From: Candidatus Latescibacterota bacterium
GTDB taxonomy: Bacteria; Latescibacterota; CBDEFO01
Length of the DNA stretch: 64,000 bases
NCBI GenBank assembly: GCA_965237525.1
Contig: CBDEFO010000007.1
Location: 768,001-832,000, forward strand
Reading direction: 5' to 3'
The translations under genes and the position numbers were made by a program. Of this stretch, positions 41,231-51,026 are shown one piece after another. Each line of letters starts with the position of its first letter. Position 1 is the stretch's first letter. The notes beneath the pieces are model-generated. The model saw only the letters and a program-made list of their open reading frames with translations. It had not been told where the DNA came from and did no database searches.

Positions 41231-41275
41231 AAATTTAGCCCCCCACTCAAGAGACAGAATGGAGGGCTAAGATTT
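41231..41275 (-). terminator. Probable terminator or stabilising hairpin after the scaffoldin-like gene
   Basis: TTAGCCCCCCA..TGGAGGGCTAA inverted repeat. Confidence 0.45.
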
Positions 41276-41304
41276 ACACTTCTTTATGATAACAGTGCTA
41301 TGGA

Positions 41305-44300
41305 TTACTTTAACAGCAGCATCTTTCTCACCTTTACAAAGTGGCCCGCTTTTATCCTGTAGAAGTAGACGCCGCTTGAAACTCGATTTCCGGACTCGTC
41401 TCTGCCATCCCAGGTTTCAGAATAGCGTCCGGTATCTCTGTGACCCTGAACCAGCGTCCTTATTTTCTGACCTATAACGCTGTGTATCACTAACTTTACA
41501 TCCCCCGCCGAAGGGAGCTCGAACTTTATCGTGGTCTCGGGGTTGAACGGATTCGGGAAGTTCTGGCTTAGAGAGTAAGAATCAGGTATCTGATTGACCT
41601 CAGAGGTGATGCCCTCAGCCAGAGCCGCCAAGCCTGCAGCATCTACTAATTTCAACTCCTCAATAGTGATACCCTTTAATTCGTCCGAATCGTTCAACAG
41701 ACTGAACGGAATCTCAAGCATCGATCCTGATCCGGGTTCTATGCCACCGATAGTCGTGGAATACATCACTATTATAGCCTCGCCCTCCTTCACCTCGTTG
41801 TAGGCAAGGCCCATATTCCGGCTTCTGTCCGTAAGTATCACATCTGACAGCGACATAGACGATGGATCGTACTTGATCCTCATCTGAACCCCGTAGATCG
41901 GTGAGCTATTATCCAGAGATACTGGGAAGAGGGCTTGCCCATCTTCCAGAGATGCTCCAAGGAGGGATACCTCAGACGGCAGAACTGCCAGTGGAGGAAG
42001 CGTCTTTAACGGAATTCCTATTATTTCCAATACGGCGCCTACAGCGTCGAATATATCGATCCCGCCACCTATTCTGAACTCCCCCGCCAAGAGTTCAAAG
42101 GCATTTGGAGCAGGAGGTATTCTGACTATTATGTTCACTATCCTGACCACATCTAAGCCTTCCAGACTGAAGCTGGCGTTTACGTCGCCCCTTTGAAATA
42201 CACTCACAAGCGCAGAATCCACTAGTGCATTCTGCATGCCCTTGATATACGTCATTCCGGGTCCTACGCCTGTGGCCAAGCCCGTAGTGTCGACTGTCGC
42301 AACCGTGTCTTCAGCGCTCATCCACATCAGACCCGGAGCAGCCATCACCGCATCCCGACTCCCATCTGTGAAGGTCCTTTCTACCTGGAACTGCTTCTGC
42401 TCACCCACAAAGATAGAATCTTTCCCAATCTCGAACACATTTATATTGGCTAGCAAAGGAGCCGTGACGATCACCGTCGTCGTATCTACAAGACCGAAGA
42501 TGTCAGCCGTCACAAATGTTGTCCCCTCTTGGTTGGCTGTCACTTTTCCTGAGTCGTTAACGGCAGCTATGCTTTGATTGTCGCTCGACCAGGTCACCAG
42601 ACCGGTGATATCGGTTGTATCAGCAAGGGAGATTCCTTTCGCACTGAGCTGAGCTGTCAATCCTGCTGCAATTTCTACCGAATTCGGTTGAGTTGCTATA
42701 GACGAAAGCTCAACTCTGGCCTCTCCAGGCGAGGCCTTTTGTATAGCGTTTGGGCTATCGTGATCAGCAAATGCACCTGTGCCCTCAGGAATCCTCACCA
42801 GTGATTTCCCTATGGGAGGAGATGGTGAGAACACAGAGTCAACCGTGTCGCCTCCTCCTGTCTTGAGCACGACTCCTTCTGGACCCCCTAGTCCGTTTCC
42901 GATAAGCCCATCAGGGTCTGAGAAGATCTGTCCTGCAAATCCTGTGGCCCCGGTCGTATCTCCGAACAGGACTATAAACTCACTCGGAGCTATGCTGGTA
43001 CCACCAGGAAAGGCAAAAGCACTCGCCGCGCTGGTGTCGCTTAACGTCCATCCAGTTATGTCCACTGGATTCGTGCCGACGTTATATATCTCTATAAACT
43101 CATCTTCCACCTCGACAGTTGTACCGCTTCTATTGGCATCCAATGTCCCTGCTGGATTGAACAGAACCTCGTTGATCACAACCTGAAAGCTCGAAGAGCC
43201 GCTTAGAGGTATATTTAAAATAGGGTTCACAGTATCGTTGCTTGTAACGATCAGAGTGTCCAGGAAAGCACCGGCAGTGGTAGCACTAAATTCTACAACG
43301 ACATTTGTCGAGGAACCGGGCGGAAGCGTATCTGGCAGTGTGACCGACGATACGATGCTAAACGGCGGATCAATGCCTGAAAGCCCGCTAATATCGAGCG
43401 TATCTCCACCTACGCTCTTTAAAGTCACAGTATCCCTTTTAGAGCTTGCGACCTGCACAAGACCGAAATTCAGTGACGCAGGAGAGGCGTTAATTATAGG
43501 GATGTTTGGAGGAGACAATTGCAGGGTGGCTATATCAACGTTCAAATCCATGGTACCCGATGCAAGAGAAGCAGACGAAGCACTGTTGCCCTTGCCATCC
43601 TTGGCCTCAAGCACAACAGTTAGGAAGGTGCCCGACCCCGTGCCAAAATTCATCTTGACCAAACCGACTAATGGATTTGGATGCACCCCTGCCACCAAAT
43701 CCAAGGGGAGAGTGGCTCCTCCAGTTGGACCGGTGAGTCCGCATATAGGCAAAGACACAATAGAACTAAGAAGGTCTGTTACAGTTGCAGACACCAGAAC
43801 TCCTACGGCATCTGTGCCATCCTCGTTAAGTACCTTCACAGTAGCGTTTTGTGGAAGTCCGGGAGTGCCCTCGGGCGGCGTATCGAATTCGCCAACGCTT
43901 GTAGCCCCTTCGGATATTATCTCAAACAAGTAGCCAGTGACATCAGGGATTAATCCGCTTAGGCCCACAAGGTGAGTGTTGAAACCGATTCTGGACGCAG
44001 TGAATACAACGTTCAGAGAGATGGAAGGGTTAAGCACGCGCACACTATCTGTCAGAGTCGCCGGACGATCTGTTAGCCACGTGATCGTCGCGCCAGTTGC
44101 TGTAAGATTGCAGACCTGAATGTCGCTGATTGAAGCAGGGGGTTGGGTTTCCCCTTTCAGCAAAACTGTAGTGTCAGGATGAACAGGATCGTTGCTCTGT
44201 ACAGTCAACTCATCTAACCTTCCACCTGCGGCAGTGGGGGAAAACCTGATTGTTACCTTCAAACTGTCATCAGGAGGAACTAGCTTCGTCCCAGGTGAAG

Positions 44301-46929
44301 GTTCTACTATCCCGAAGTCGGGCGTCCCTGTAAAAAGACTGTCTACATTCAGAACTTCTTCGCCGACGTTGGAGATGAAGAATATCCTCTGGTTGAACCG
44401 CAATCTCTTGACAGCTTCAAAATCCAATGTGTCCAACGGAGCAGGAAGGAGAGTTATAATCGGCCTTGGAGGACGGAGCCCGACACCCACCAGAGCCACA
44501 GTAGTGTCGGGATTATCAGGATCGTTGCTTAAGATGTGAAGCGTGTCTTCTCTGAGCCCTGTAAACCAGGGCTTGAACTCAATCGTCACTCTCAGGCTAT
44601 CGCCAGCCAGTATGGTATCTAAAGGAGCAGGCTCTATTGCAGGCTCTATTATTGTGAACTCACCTGTGTTGCCTACAAAAAGACTATCAACGATCAAGTC
44701 TGTTCCGCGCTCGTTGATGATGTAGAGCGTCCTTTGAGAAGAACTGTCTATTCTAACGCTCCCAAAGCCCAAAAGGGTGTCCGAAAGAGCGAGAGAAGGC
44801 ACCGACGGCTCGATAATCCTTATCTTTCCGTTCCTCACAGCAGGTATGATCCCCTCGTTCAACTCAGGGAGTCTGCCACCTCTTGTTCCACGAATAAACA
44901 CGTCTGTTGAATCACCATCAGACCCGACAGCCGTGAACTTTATGAACACCAAAGGACCATCGCCGTTTATCGGATTCGCTGAAGCAAGGCCGATATTGAT
45001 AACCCCATTTTCCACGTTGAACGCTAAACTTGGACTATCAGTGACTATTGTCCCGGCCAACGTCACGCTGTCAGCTCTTACAACAGCAGGATTGTAGGCA
45101 ATACCCATCTCAGCCGAGAAGATGAAGCCCCCCGGATTGCCCTCTAATATCACAGGGACTAACTCCATCTCTCCTTCGTTTATCTCTATGTTATCAGGTA
45201 TCACTAAAACTACGGGAGCTACTACCTTTACTAACCCGTCCACTGTCTCTACAGAGTCCTCGTTCAAAAGACCATTTTCTAGATCCAACACCGTAGAATC
45301 TCCCGGAGCACCCACAACCTCAAAATGCAGATCAACCAATACACCGTTGCCTAAAATCGGCGTAGGTCCTGCCAACGCCACATTCAGCGATCCGGGGGAT
45401 ATTTCATTTGCCACAATCCGCCATAGATTATCCACTACAGAACCTGTAGAGAACATGGAAGTATCTGCTCTCAGAACAACAGGATCGTAGTGAACGCTAA
45501 ACTGAGCCGAGATCACATCAGCTCCTGGGAACAAATTATCCACGAACACCGGAACCTTTGCCCACTCCCCGGGTGAAACTTCCAAAAATTCAGCCCTTAA
45601 AATCCCCGGCGGCACAACTGCTAAAAGTCCGTCAATTGCCTCTACAGGGGTCTCGTTCAAAAGACCATTCTCCAGATTCAACACCGTAGAATTGCCGACA
45701 TTGCCTATGACCTTAGCGTGTACAACTGCCAGGACACCGCTTCCCAAAAGAGGGGGCTCTGCACCAGCCATAGCAACAGAGATCTTGCCAGGATTAGGCA
45801 CATTGATAACGAACTGCCACGAGGTGTCGACGACGTCCCCCCTAAAGCTCACCGCAGGATCAGGCTCCATTACCGTTGGATCGTAGAAAAGATCGAACTC
45901 AGCGGATACAAAGCCATCTTCCCGAAAGATTCCGTCCACAAAGACAGGAATCTCCACCCACGACCCATTGACCGCCTTTAAAGTGTCTGCACGAATGGCA
46001 ATTGGAGGAGCTACACCCTGTACAAGGAGTGATCCGTTATCCAGAATCCCTCCCAGCTCGGTCACAAAATTCTTCTCGTTGGCAAGAGCTCCTGGGTCGA
46101 ATGCTATATCCGTAGAGTCCCCATCAGCTCCTACTACTCTAAATCCTACAAAAGCTAAAGTTGTGTTTCCAGCTAAAGGAGTGGACCCCGCCAGCGCGAC
46201 CTTTACAGTATCACTCTTGGTTATGTTGCCCACTATTTGCCATGTGGCATCAGGCAGAAACCCCGAAAGTACAGAGGCCGGCTTCAAGACGCTTCCCTTG
46301 AACACAAGCTCGAACTGAGCAGAAATAATGCTGTCAGAAGACGTAATGCCAGAAATATTTACAGGCACAACTATCAGATCGCCCGACCTGGCTGATCTAT
46401 CGGGTACACTTAAAGCCTTAACAGAAAGTGGCTCTCCTGACACCGTAAACGAACCGTCATCTGAGGACGAAAGCCCAGGGCTTTCGTCGAACACCGCTTT
46501 CTGAAAGGTTAAGGAGGAGGTCTGCCCTGGGGAACCTACAACGTTGAACGACACGACAGCCAGCGTCCCTGTGCCGCTGAAGGGCTCCTGGAAATCGGCT
46601 ATGGCGAACCGGACTATGCCCGGATCGGAGATGTTTGAAAAAGGAGCAGTAGCTGTCAGGTCTCCCTTTTTTACCGCAGTAGCTTGAAGCACCGATGAAT
46701 CGTATGTTATATCTATGCCCGCAGAAAAGACACCTGGCCCACCTGTCATCTCTGTCACTGTGACCGGAATGTCGATGCTTATACTCGGATCTGCTGATGT
46801 ATCCGGTAAAGCCACACGAACTGATGTGCCATCGATGGCAAAAATATCAGAAGCGGGAAACACCAGGATACAGGCCGCTACAACCACTGCTAATCGGAAG
46901 TTAAACAGAAACGTCGATTTCATAGTCAT
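41305..46929 (-). CDS. Scaffoldin-like secreted protein: 5 tandem cohesins, 3 ASH/choice-of-anchor-D Ig, FN3-like, lamin-tail, 2 Big_2, dockerin-like, cohesin, FlgD/T9SS-type C-terminal domain
   Basis: Signal peptide at ATG 46929 (RBS AAAGGAG); five ~135-aa repeats with V.VPV..SA.F...YDP.VL..G.G.L..F.V.G..G.ST; SNDP Ig repeats; GDVN..D dockerin; QNFPNPFNPET tail. Confidence 0.85.
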   Translation of the reverse strand: MTMKSTFLFNFRLAVVVAACILVFPASDIFAIDGTSVRVALPDTSADPSISIDIPVTVTEMTGGPGVFSAGIDITYDSSVLQATAVKKGDLTATAPFSNISDPGIVRFAIADFQEPFSGTGTLAVVSFNVVGSPGQTSSLTFQKAVFDESPGLSSSDDGSFTVSGEPLSVKALSVPDRSARSGDLIVVPVNISGITSSDSIISAQFELVFKGSVLKPASVLSGFLPDATWQIVGNITKSDTVKVALAGSTPLAGNTTLAFVGFRVVGADGDSTDIAFDPGALANEKNFVTELGGILDNGSLLVQGVAPPIAIRADTLKAVNGSWVEIPVFVDGIFREDGFVSAEFDLFYDPTVMEPDPAVSFRGDVVDTSWQFVINVPNPGKISVAMAGAEPPLLGSGVLAVVHAKVIGNVGNSTVLNLENGLLNETPVEAIDGLLAVVPPGILRAEFLEVSPGEWAKVPVFVDNLFPGADVISAQFSVHYDPVVLRADTSMFSTGSVVDNLWRIVANEISPGSLNVALAGPTPILGNGVLVDLHFEVVGAPGDSTVLDLENGLLNEDSVETVDGLVKVVAPVVLVIPDNIEINEGEMELVPVILEGNPGGFIFSAEMGIAYNPAVVRADSVTLAGTIVTDSPSLAFNVENGVINIGLASANPINGDGPLVFIKFTAVGSDGDSTDVFIRGTRGGRLPELNEGIIPAVRNGKIRIIEPSVPSLALSDTLLGFGSVRIDSSSQRTLYIINERGTDLIVDSLFVGNTGEFTIIEPAIEPAPLDTILAGDSLRVTIEFKPWFTGLREDTLHILSNDPDNPDTTVALVGVGLRPPRPIITLLPAPLDTLDFEAVKRLRFNQRIFFISNVGEEVLNVDSLFTGTPDFGIVEPSPGTKLVPPDDSLKVTIRFSPTAAGGRLDELTVQSNDPVHPDTTVLLKGETQPPASISDIQVCNLTATGATITWLTDRPATLTDSVRVLNPSISLNVVFTASRIGFNTHLVGLSGLIPDVTGYLFEIISEGATSVGEFDTPPEGTPGLPQNATVKVLNEDGTDAVGVLVSATVTDLLSSIVSLPICGLTGPTGGATLPLDLVAGVHPNPLVGLVKMNFGTGSGTFLTVVLEAKDGKGNSASSASLASGTMDLNVDIATLQLSPPNIPIINASPASLNFGLVQVASSKRDTVTLKSVGGDTLDISGLSGIDPPFSIVSSVTLPDTLPPGSSTNVVVEFSATTAGAFLDTLIVTSNDTVNPILNIPLSGSSSFQVVINEVLFNPAGTLDANRSGTTVEVEDEFIEIYNVGTNPVDITGWTLSDTSAASAFAFPGGTSIAPSEFIVLFGDTTGATGFAGQIFSDPDGLIGNGLGGPEGVVLKTGGGDTVDSVFSPSPPIGKSLVRIPEGTGAFADHDSPNAIQKASPGEARVELSSIATQPNSVEIAAGLTAQLSAKGISLADTTDITGLVTWSSDNQSIAAVNDSGKVTANQEGTTFVTADIFGLVDTTTVIVTAPLLANINVFEIGKDSIFVGEQKQFQVERTFTDGSRDAVMAAPGLMWMSAEDTVATVDTTGLATGVGPGMTYIKGMQNALVDSALVSVFQRGDVNASFSLEGLDVVRIVNIIVRIPPAPNAFELLAGEFRIGGGIDIFDAVGAVLEIIGIPLKTLPPLAVLPSEVSLLGASLEDGQALFPVSLDNSSPIYGVQMRIKYDPSSMSLSDVILTDRSRNMGLAYNEVKEGEAIIVMYSTTIGGIEPGSGSMLEIPFSLLNDSDELKGITIEELKLVDAAGLAALAEGITSEVNQIPDSYSLSQNFPNPFNPETTIKFELPSAGDVKLVIHSVIGQKIRTLVQGHRDTGRYSETWDGRDESGNRVSSGVYFYRIKAGHFVKVRKMLLLK

Positions 46930-47084
46930 TCTGCACTCCTTTACAGGCAGACGCTGGCTCGCTCTACGGTTAACAAGCCACTCAACACTCTTTGCCCCAG
47001 GGATCCGACATAAAGCCTGACCATCATCTGGAACCCAGCGTCTACTTTGCAGGAATTCAGAAACTGTATCGTATTGACCCCGCA

Positions 47085-47113
47085 AATGTATAGCAAAATA
47101 GCACATTTGTCAA
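47085..47113 (-). promoter_or_regulatory. Sigma70-type promoter of the scaffoldin-like gene
   Basis: Minus strand TTGACA-N17-TACATT. Confidence 0.65.
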
Positions 47114-47298
47114 GCACAAATTCATAAAAACACAAAAAAATTTGACTATGCACCTTTTGTTGGAGCACCGCACCGGACGCCGGAATGACAACAATTGACA
47201 GATTTATAGAAGATATACGTCTTAAATATATACTAAATGAATCTCTTAGTCTGTGACAATAATCACAATTTTGTGGAGAATTCAAAAAATTTTAGTCT

Positions 47299-48774
47299 TT
47301 AAATTTGGGATTTCTTAGAGTTTGTAATACGTTTTCTGTATTTAGCTGGGTTAATTCCCATCTGATCTCTGTATTTCGCTACGGTTCTTCGGGCGAGTTC
47401 TATCCCTTCCTTCCTAAGGAGGTCGGATATAACCTGATCGCTCAGCGGTGAAGAGGGGGTCTCCTCTTTAATCAATTCCCGTATCCTATCCTTAACCGCT
47501 TTTACGGACACATCCTCCCCCTTAGACGAGCTTACAGCCCCGTCGAAGAAGTAATCCAAAGGGAACACCCCATAAGGAGTCTGGATATACTTTCCCTTTT
47601 TTACCCTGCTTATCGTCGAGATATGCATTCCTACAGCATCGGCTATCTCCTGGAGCACAAGGGGTTTTAGATGTGTCACTCCATGTTCTAAGAAGTTCCT
47701 CTGAACGTTAACTATAAGCTGTGTCACCTTCAGCATCGTCGATTTTCTCTGTTCTATAGCGTTGATCATCCACCTTGCGTCGTTCAGCTTCTTGAGCATG
47801 AACTCTTTGGTCTCTTGGTCCACCTCTCCGGAATTCTTTTTCAAAAGTAAACGATAGATCGAACTGATCCTCAAAGAAGGGATCGTCCCATCGTTCAAGG
47901 TCACCACGTAATTGTCATCTATCTTGTTGACTATAAGATCGGGATATACATAGTCTGCAGGGTCAGATTCGACGGCGTTCAGACCCGGCTTCGGGTTCAG
48001 TCCAGAGATGACCTCTGCAGCCTCTATAACTTCATCGTAAGCCACCTTCAATAACCCGGAGATCTCGCTGTACCGGACCTTTTGAAGGTCTTCCAGATGA
48101 TCTTTCACAACCTTCATAGGTAGGCTGTCCTCCATTGCCCTTTCCCTTAGTTGGATCATAAGACATTCTCTTAGATCCCTTGCTCCTATTCCGGGAGGAT
48201 CAAAAGTCTGCACTATCTGGAGCACTCTCTCAACATCTGGAGCCTGCACATCCAGAGCTTCTGCTATGTCTTCAACTGAACAGGTTAAGTAGCCTTCACT
48301 GTCAATGTTGCCTATAATGAACTCGCCTATTTTTCTATCCTCCTCAGAAGAGACAGCTAAATTCAACTGTGACGATAAAACTTCAATCATTGAAGGCCGA
48401 CTCCTGTCCCATAACGGATTTTCCCTTTCCTCCCCATCAGGCCCGTTCGGATCGTACTCGGAATGGTTGTACGACCCAACATCGTAGCCTTCATCTAAGA
48501 AACTATTCCAATCTGCTTCGTCAAAATCCGACACAAGTTCCTGCTCGGCAATATCGTTATTATCAGAAGATTTATCCTTTTCCTCCTCCGGGCCCTGCTC
48601 GGAATCCTCGTCCAGCTCCTGGACCTCTTCCAAAAGGGGATTCATCTCCAACTCTTGGGAGATCAGTTGCTCCAGTTCAAGCGTGGTTACCTGAAGCAGT
48701 TGAAGCGACTGAATCATCTGAGGGGTCAGTCGCTGTTCAATAGTTAATCCTACAGACTGTGTAAGTTTAGGCAT
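47299..48774 (-). CDS. rpoN: RNA polymerase sigma-54 factor
   Basis: Q/L-rich region I, NPLLE, DPPGIGARDLRECL and RpoN box ARRTVAKYR. Confidence 0.98.
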   Translation of the reverse strand: MPKLTQSVGLTIEQRLTPQMIQSLQLLQVTTLELEQLISQELEMNPLLEEVQELDEDSEQGPEEEKDKSSDNNDIAEQELVSDFDEADWNSFLDEGYDVGSYNHSEYDPNGPDGEERENPLWDRSRPSMIEVLSSQLNLAVSSEEDRKIGEFIIGNIDSEGYLTCSVEDIAEALDVQAPDVERVLQIVQTFDPPGIGARDLRECLMIQLRERAMEDSLPMKVVKDHLEDLQKVRYSEISGLLKVAYDEVIEAAEVISGLNPKPGLNAVESDPADYVYPDLIVNKIDDNYVVTLNDGTIPSLRISSIYRLLLKKNSGEVDQETKEFMLKKLNDARWMINAIEQRKSTMLKVTQLIVNVQRNFLEHGVTHLKPLVLQEIADAVGMHISTISRVKKGKYIQTPYGVFPLDYFFDGAVSSSKGEDVSVKAVKDRIRELIKEETPSSPLSDQVISDLLRKEGIELARRTVAKYRDQMGINPAKYRKRITNSKKSQI

Positions 48775-48821
48775 ATTCTATAAGTTCAGTAAAAGGCAGC
48801 AATTATGATACAGGGTGCGTT

Positions 48822-48837
48822 AGCAATTATCGTACCA
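48822..48837 (-). promoter_or_regulatory. Sigma54 -24/-12 site upstream of rpoN
   Basis: Minus strand TGGTACGATAATTGCT (GG-N10-GC); degenerate tandem copy at 48798-48813. Confidence 0.7.
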
Positions 48838-48907
48838 GTATTAAGATAATAAAAAGGTCTCGCTTACACAACCATTTTCTGATCGGTACTACACTCTAAC
48901 GCATTTT

Positions 48908-49639
48908 TCAATGAAGTGTAAATCTCTCGCCCAGATATATCTTCTTTGCTTCAGCATCGTTTGCCAGAAACTCTGCCGTTCCTTCTATCAGTATTTCTCC
49001 TTCGCACATAATATAAGCGTAGTCCGTGATCTCCAAGGTTCCCCTTACATTGTGATCTGTTATCAAAACTCCCAATCCCTTGTCCTTCAGCCTCAACACG
49101 ATATTCTGGATGTCTTCTACAGTGATGGGGTCCAGGCCTGCGAATGGCTCGTCCAGCAGCATAAACTTAGGTTCGATAGCAAGCGTTCTGGTTATCTCTA
49201 CCCTTCTTCTTTCTCCCCCTGAGAGCGTACTGGCTCTGTTTCTGGCCAACTTGGAGATTCCGAGTTCATCCATAAGAAATGACGCCTTCTTTTTTCTTTC
49301 TCCTTTCGGTATGTCCATGGTCTCCAATATTGCCATGATATTCTGTTGGACGGTCAACTTCTGGAAGACTGATACCTCTTGAGGCAGATACCCTATACCT
49401 TTCTGAGCTCTTCTGTACATAGGAAGGGGCGTAATGTCCTCATCTTCTAAAATAATGCTCCCATAGTCTGGGCCGATCATCCCCACGATCATATAGAAAG
49501 TCGTCGTCTTTCCTGCGCCGTTGGGGCCCAAAAGTCCTATTACCTGGCCCTTTTCCACCTTCAGGGATACACTGTCCACTACTTTTCGCTTCCCGTATAT
49601 CTTAACTAGCCCCTCTGTCGCTAAGGACACAAACCTCAC
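48908..49639 (-). CDS. lptB: LPS export ABC transporter ATPase
   Basis: GPNGAGKTT, YLPQE, LSGGERRR, LLDEPFAG and ITDHNV motifs. Confidence 0.97.
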   Translation of the reverse strand: MRFVSLATEGLVKIYGKRKVVDSVSLKVEKGQVIGLLGPNGAGKTTTFYMIVGMIGPDYGSIILEDEDITPLPMYRRAQKGIGYLPQEVSVFQKLTVQQNIMAILETMDIPKGERKKKASFLMDELGISKLARNRASTLSGGERRRVEITRTLAIEPKFMLLDEPFAGLDPITVEDIQNIVLRLKDKGLGVLITDHNVRGTLEITDYAYIMCEGEILIEGTAEFLANDAEAKKIYLGERFTLH

Positions 49640-50982
49640 TGCCTCCTTTCAATCCCAGTTCCCCTGTCCCGATCGGGGCGATACACGCCCAAAATCCCAC
49701 CTTTGACCGATACTCGAGCTATCCTCCCATCCTCAAAGTAGAGCTTTATCCTGTCCCCACTAACTTCGTTCATAGCCCCTTGCGAAACTGAATCGTCAGG
49801 CAGGTAATAGTTGCTCGTGGCATTACCCTCAGCTATAAGCGTCTTTAATTCCTCATCCTCAAGTTCTATATCTATCTTTGTGGCGTCTATCTTGCTTGGC
49901 TTTGAGATCACATCGGGAGAATAGACACTCACAGCGTTGCCCTCCACAATCGCTTTGTGAAGCTTATTATCTTGTAACTTCAACACTATAATATCTCCAC
50001 TTAGATCTACACTTTGAAGAGTATCCCCGTAATCTCCCATGCGGATCGAGCGTTCTTTTGCATTCCCAGTTACGGTTATTTCCCCGACTGAATCACCTCT
50101 TAACAATATCTCTATACCTTCGCCCTCTATCCAACTTTCAACCCCTTCCTCTCCGTTGCGCGCAAGTCTGTGCGACGCCTTCGGTTCTCCTTTGAGCGTC
50201 AATTTCCCAACTTCATCCACATACCTTGCCTCGTGGGAGAAGGCCTCTACCTCGTGCCCTTTTATCCTCACATTCCCCACAACCGCAAGCTCTTCTGCCC
50301 CACCATATATCTCTATTTTATCCCCTGTGATCTGCATATAGTCCTTGCTTTTGTACCCGAAAAGACTTCCCTTGCCCCTTACTGCCCTTGGAGAATCTAA
50401 AAAGACGCCCTTGTTTTCCCGTAGATTATACTCAGCCCGTCCTCCTGAAACGACTATACCCCTTCGGGGCATCGCAACCTGCACATCCTCATCTGCCGTA
50501 AGAGTTTCTGACTGCTCCTCATATATCACCCTCTGTGCGGTCAAGACCCATCCCTCTTCGTCCACGACCTCCACATCTCCGTATCCCTTTACCACCTTAT
50601 CTTTCCTCAGGTAAACCACCCTTTTTGCTCTCACTTTTCTACCGTCTTCCTCTATAGACACATTTCCCAATGCTACAGCCCTATCTTCATCCGGGAAATA
50701 GGCGATCCGATCCGCCTTGAGCGACCTGGATGAGTCCACCATAGACGCTTTGCCCGTAAAAACTATCTCTTCAGGTTCCTCTTTATAGATAACGCTATCT
50801 GCGGACAACTTCGTCCCATCGTAAGATGCCTCTACATTTCCCACATAATACTTCGTCAATTTCCCATCTCTGTGCACGCTCCTTGTGCTGTCAGCCCTCC
50901 CGATAAGGATTCTCTCCTTTTCTAAAGCAGGGGCTTCCCTGCTAAGCAACGCTAAAAGTAGTATTAACATTAATATTATCAT
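49636..50982 (-). CDS. Extended OstA/LptA beta-jellyroll protein
   Basis: Signal peptide; repeated GNV...AD/GD.I.Y beta-strand units; lies between lptC and lptB. Confidence 0.8.
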   Translation of the reverse strand: MIILMLILLLALLSREAPALEKERILIGRADSTRSVHRDGKLTKYYVGNVEASYDGTKLSADSVIYKEEPEEIVFTGKASMVDSSRSLKADRIAYFPDEDRAVALGNVSIEEDGRKVRAKRVVYLRKDKVVKGYGDVEVVDEEGWVLTAQRVIYEEQSETLTADEDVQVAMPRRGIVVSGGRAEYNLRENKGVFLDSPRAVRGKGSLFGYKSKDYMQITGDKIEIYGGAEELAVVGNVRIKGHEVEAFSHEARYVDEVGKLTLKGEPKASHRLARNGEEGVESWIEGEGIEILLRGDSVGEITVTGNAKERSIRMGDYGDTLQSVDLSGDIIVLKLQDNKLHKAIVEGNAVSVYSPDVISKPSKIDATKIDIELEDEELKTLIAEGNATSNYYLPDDSVSQGAMNEVSGDRIKLYFEDGRIARVSVKGGILGVYRPDRDRGTGIERRQ

Positions 50983-51026
50983 AATTTTATATCAATAGGT
51001 CATCAGCAAAATGTCACTGTTACTTA

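Noticed and set aside
46930..47106. ORF-track N-terminal extension of the 1933-aa protein
   Set aside because: The signal peptide and RBS are at 46929; the extension overlaps the promoter and UTR
23832..50614. Numerous antisense ORFs over pnp, infB, leuS and the scaffoldin
   Set aside because: Shadow frames of well-supported genes on the opposite strand
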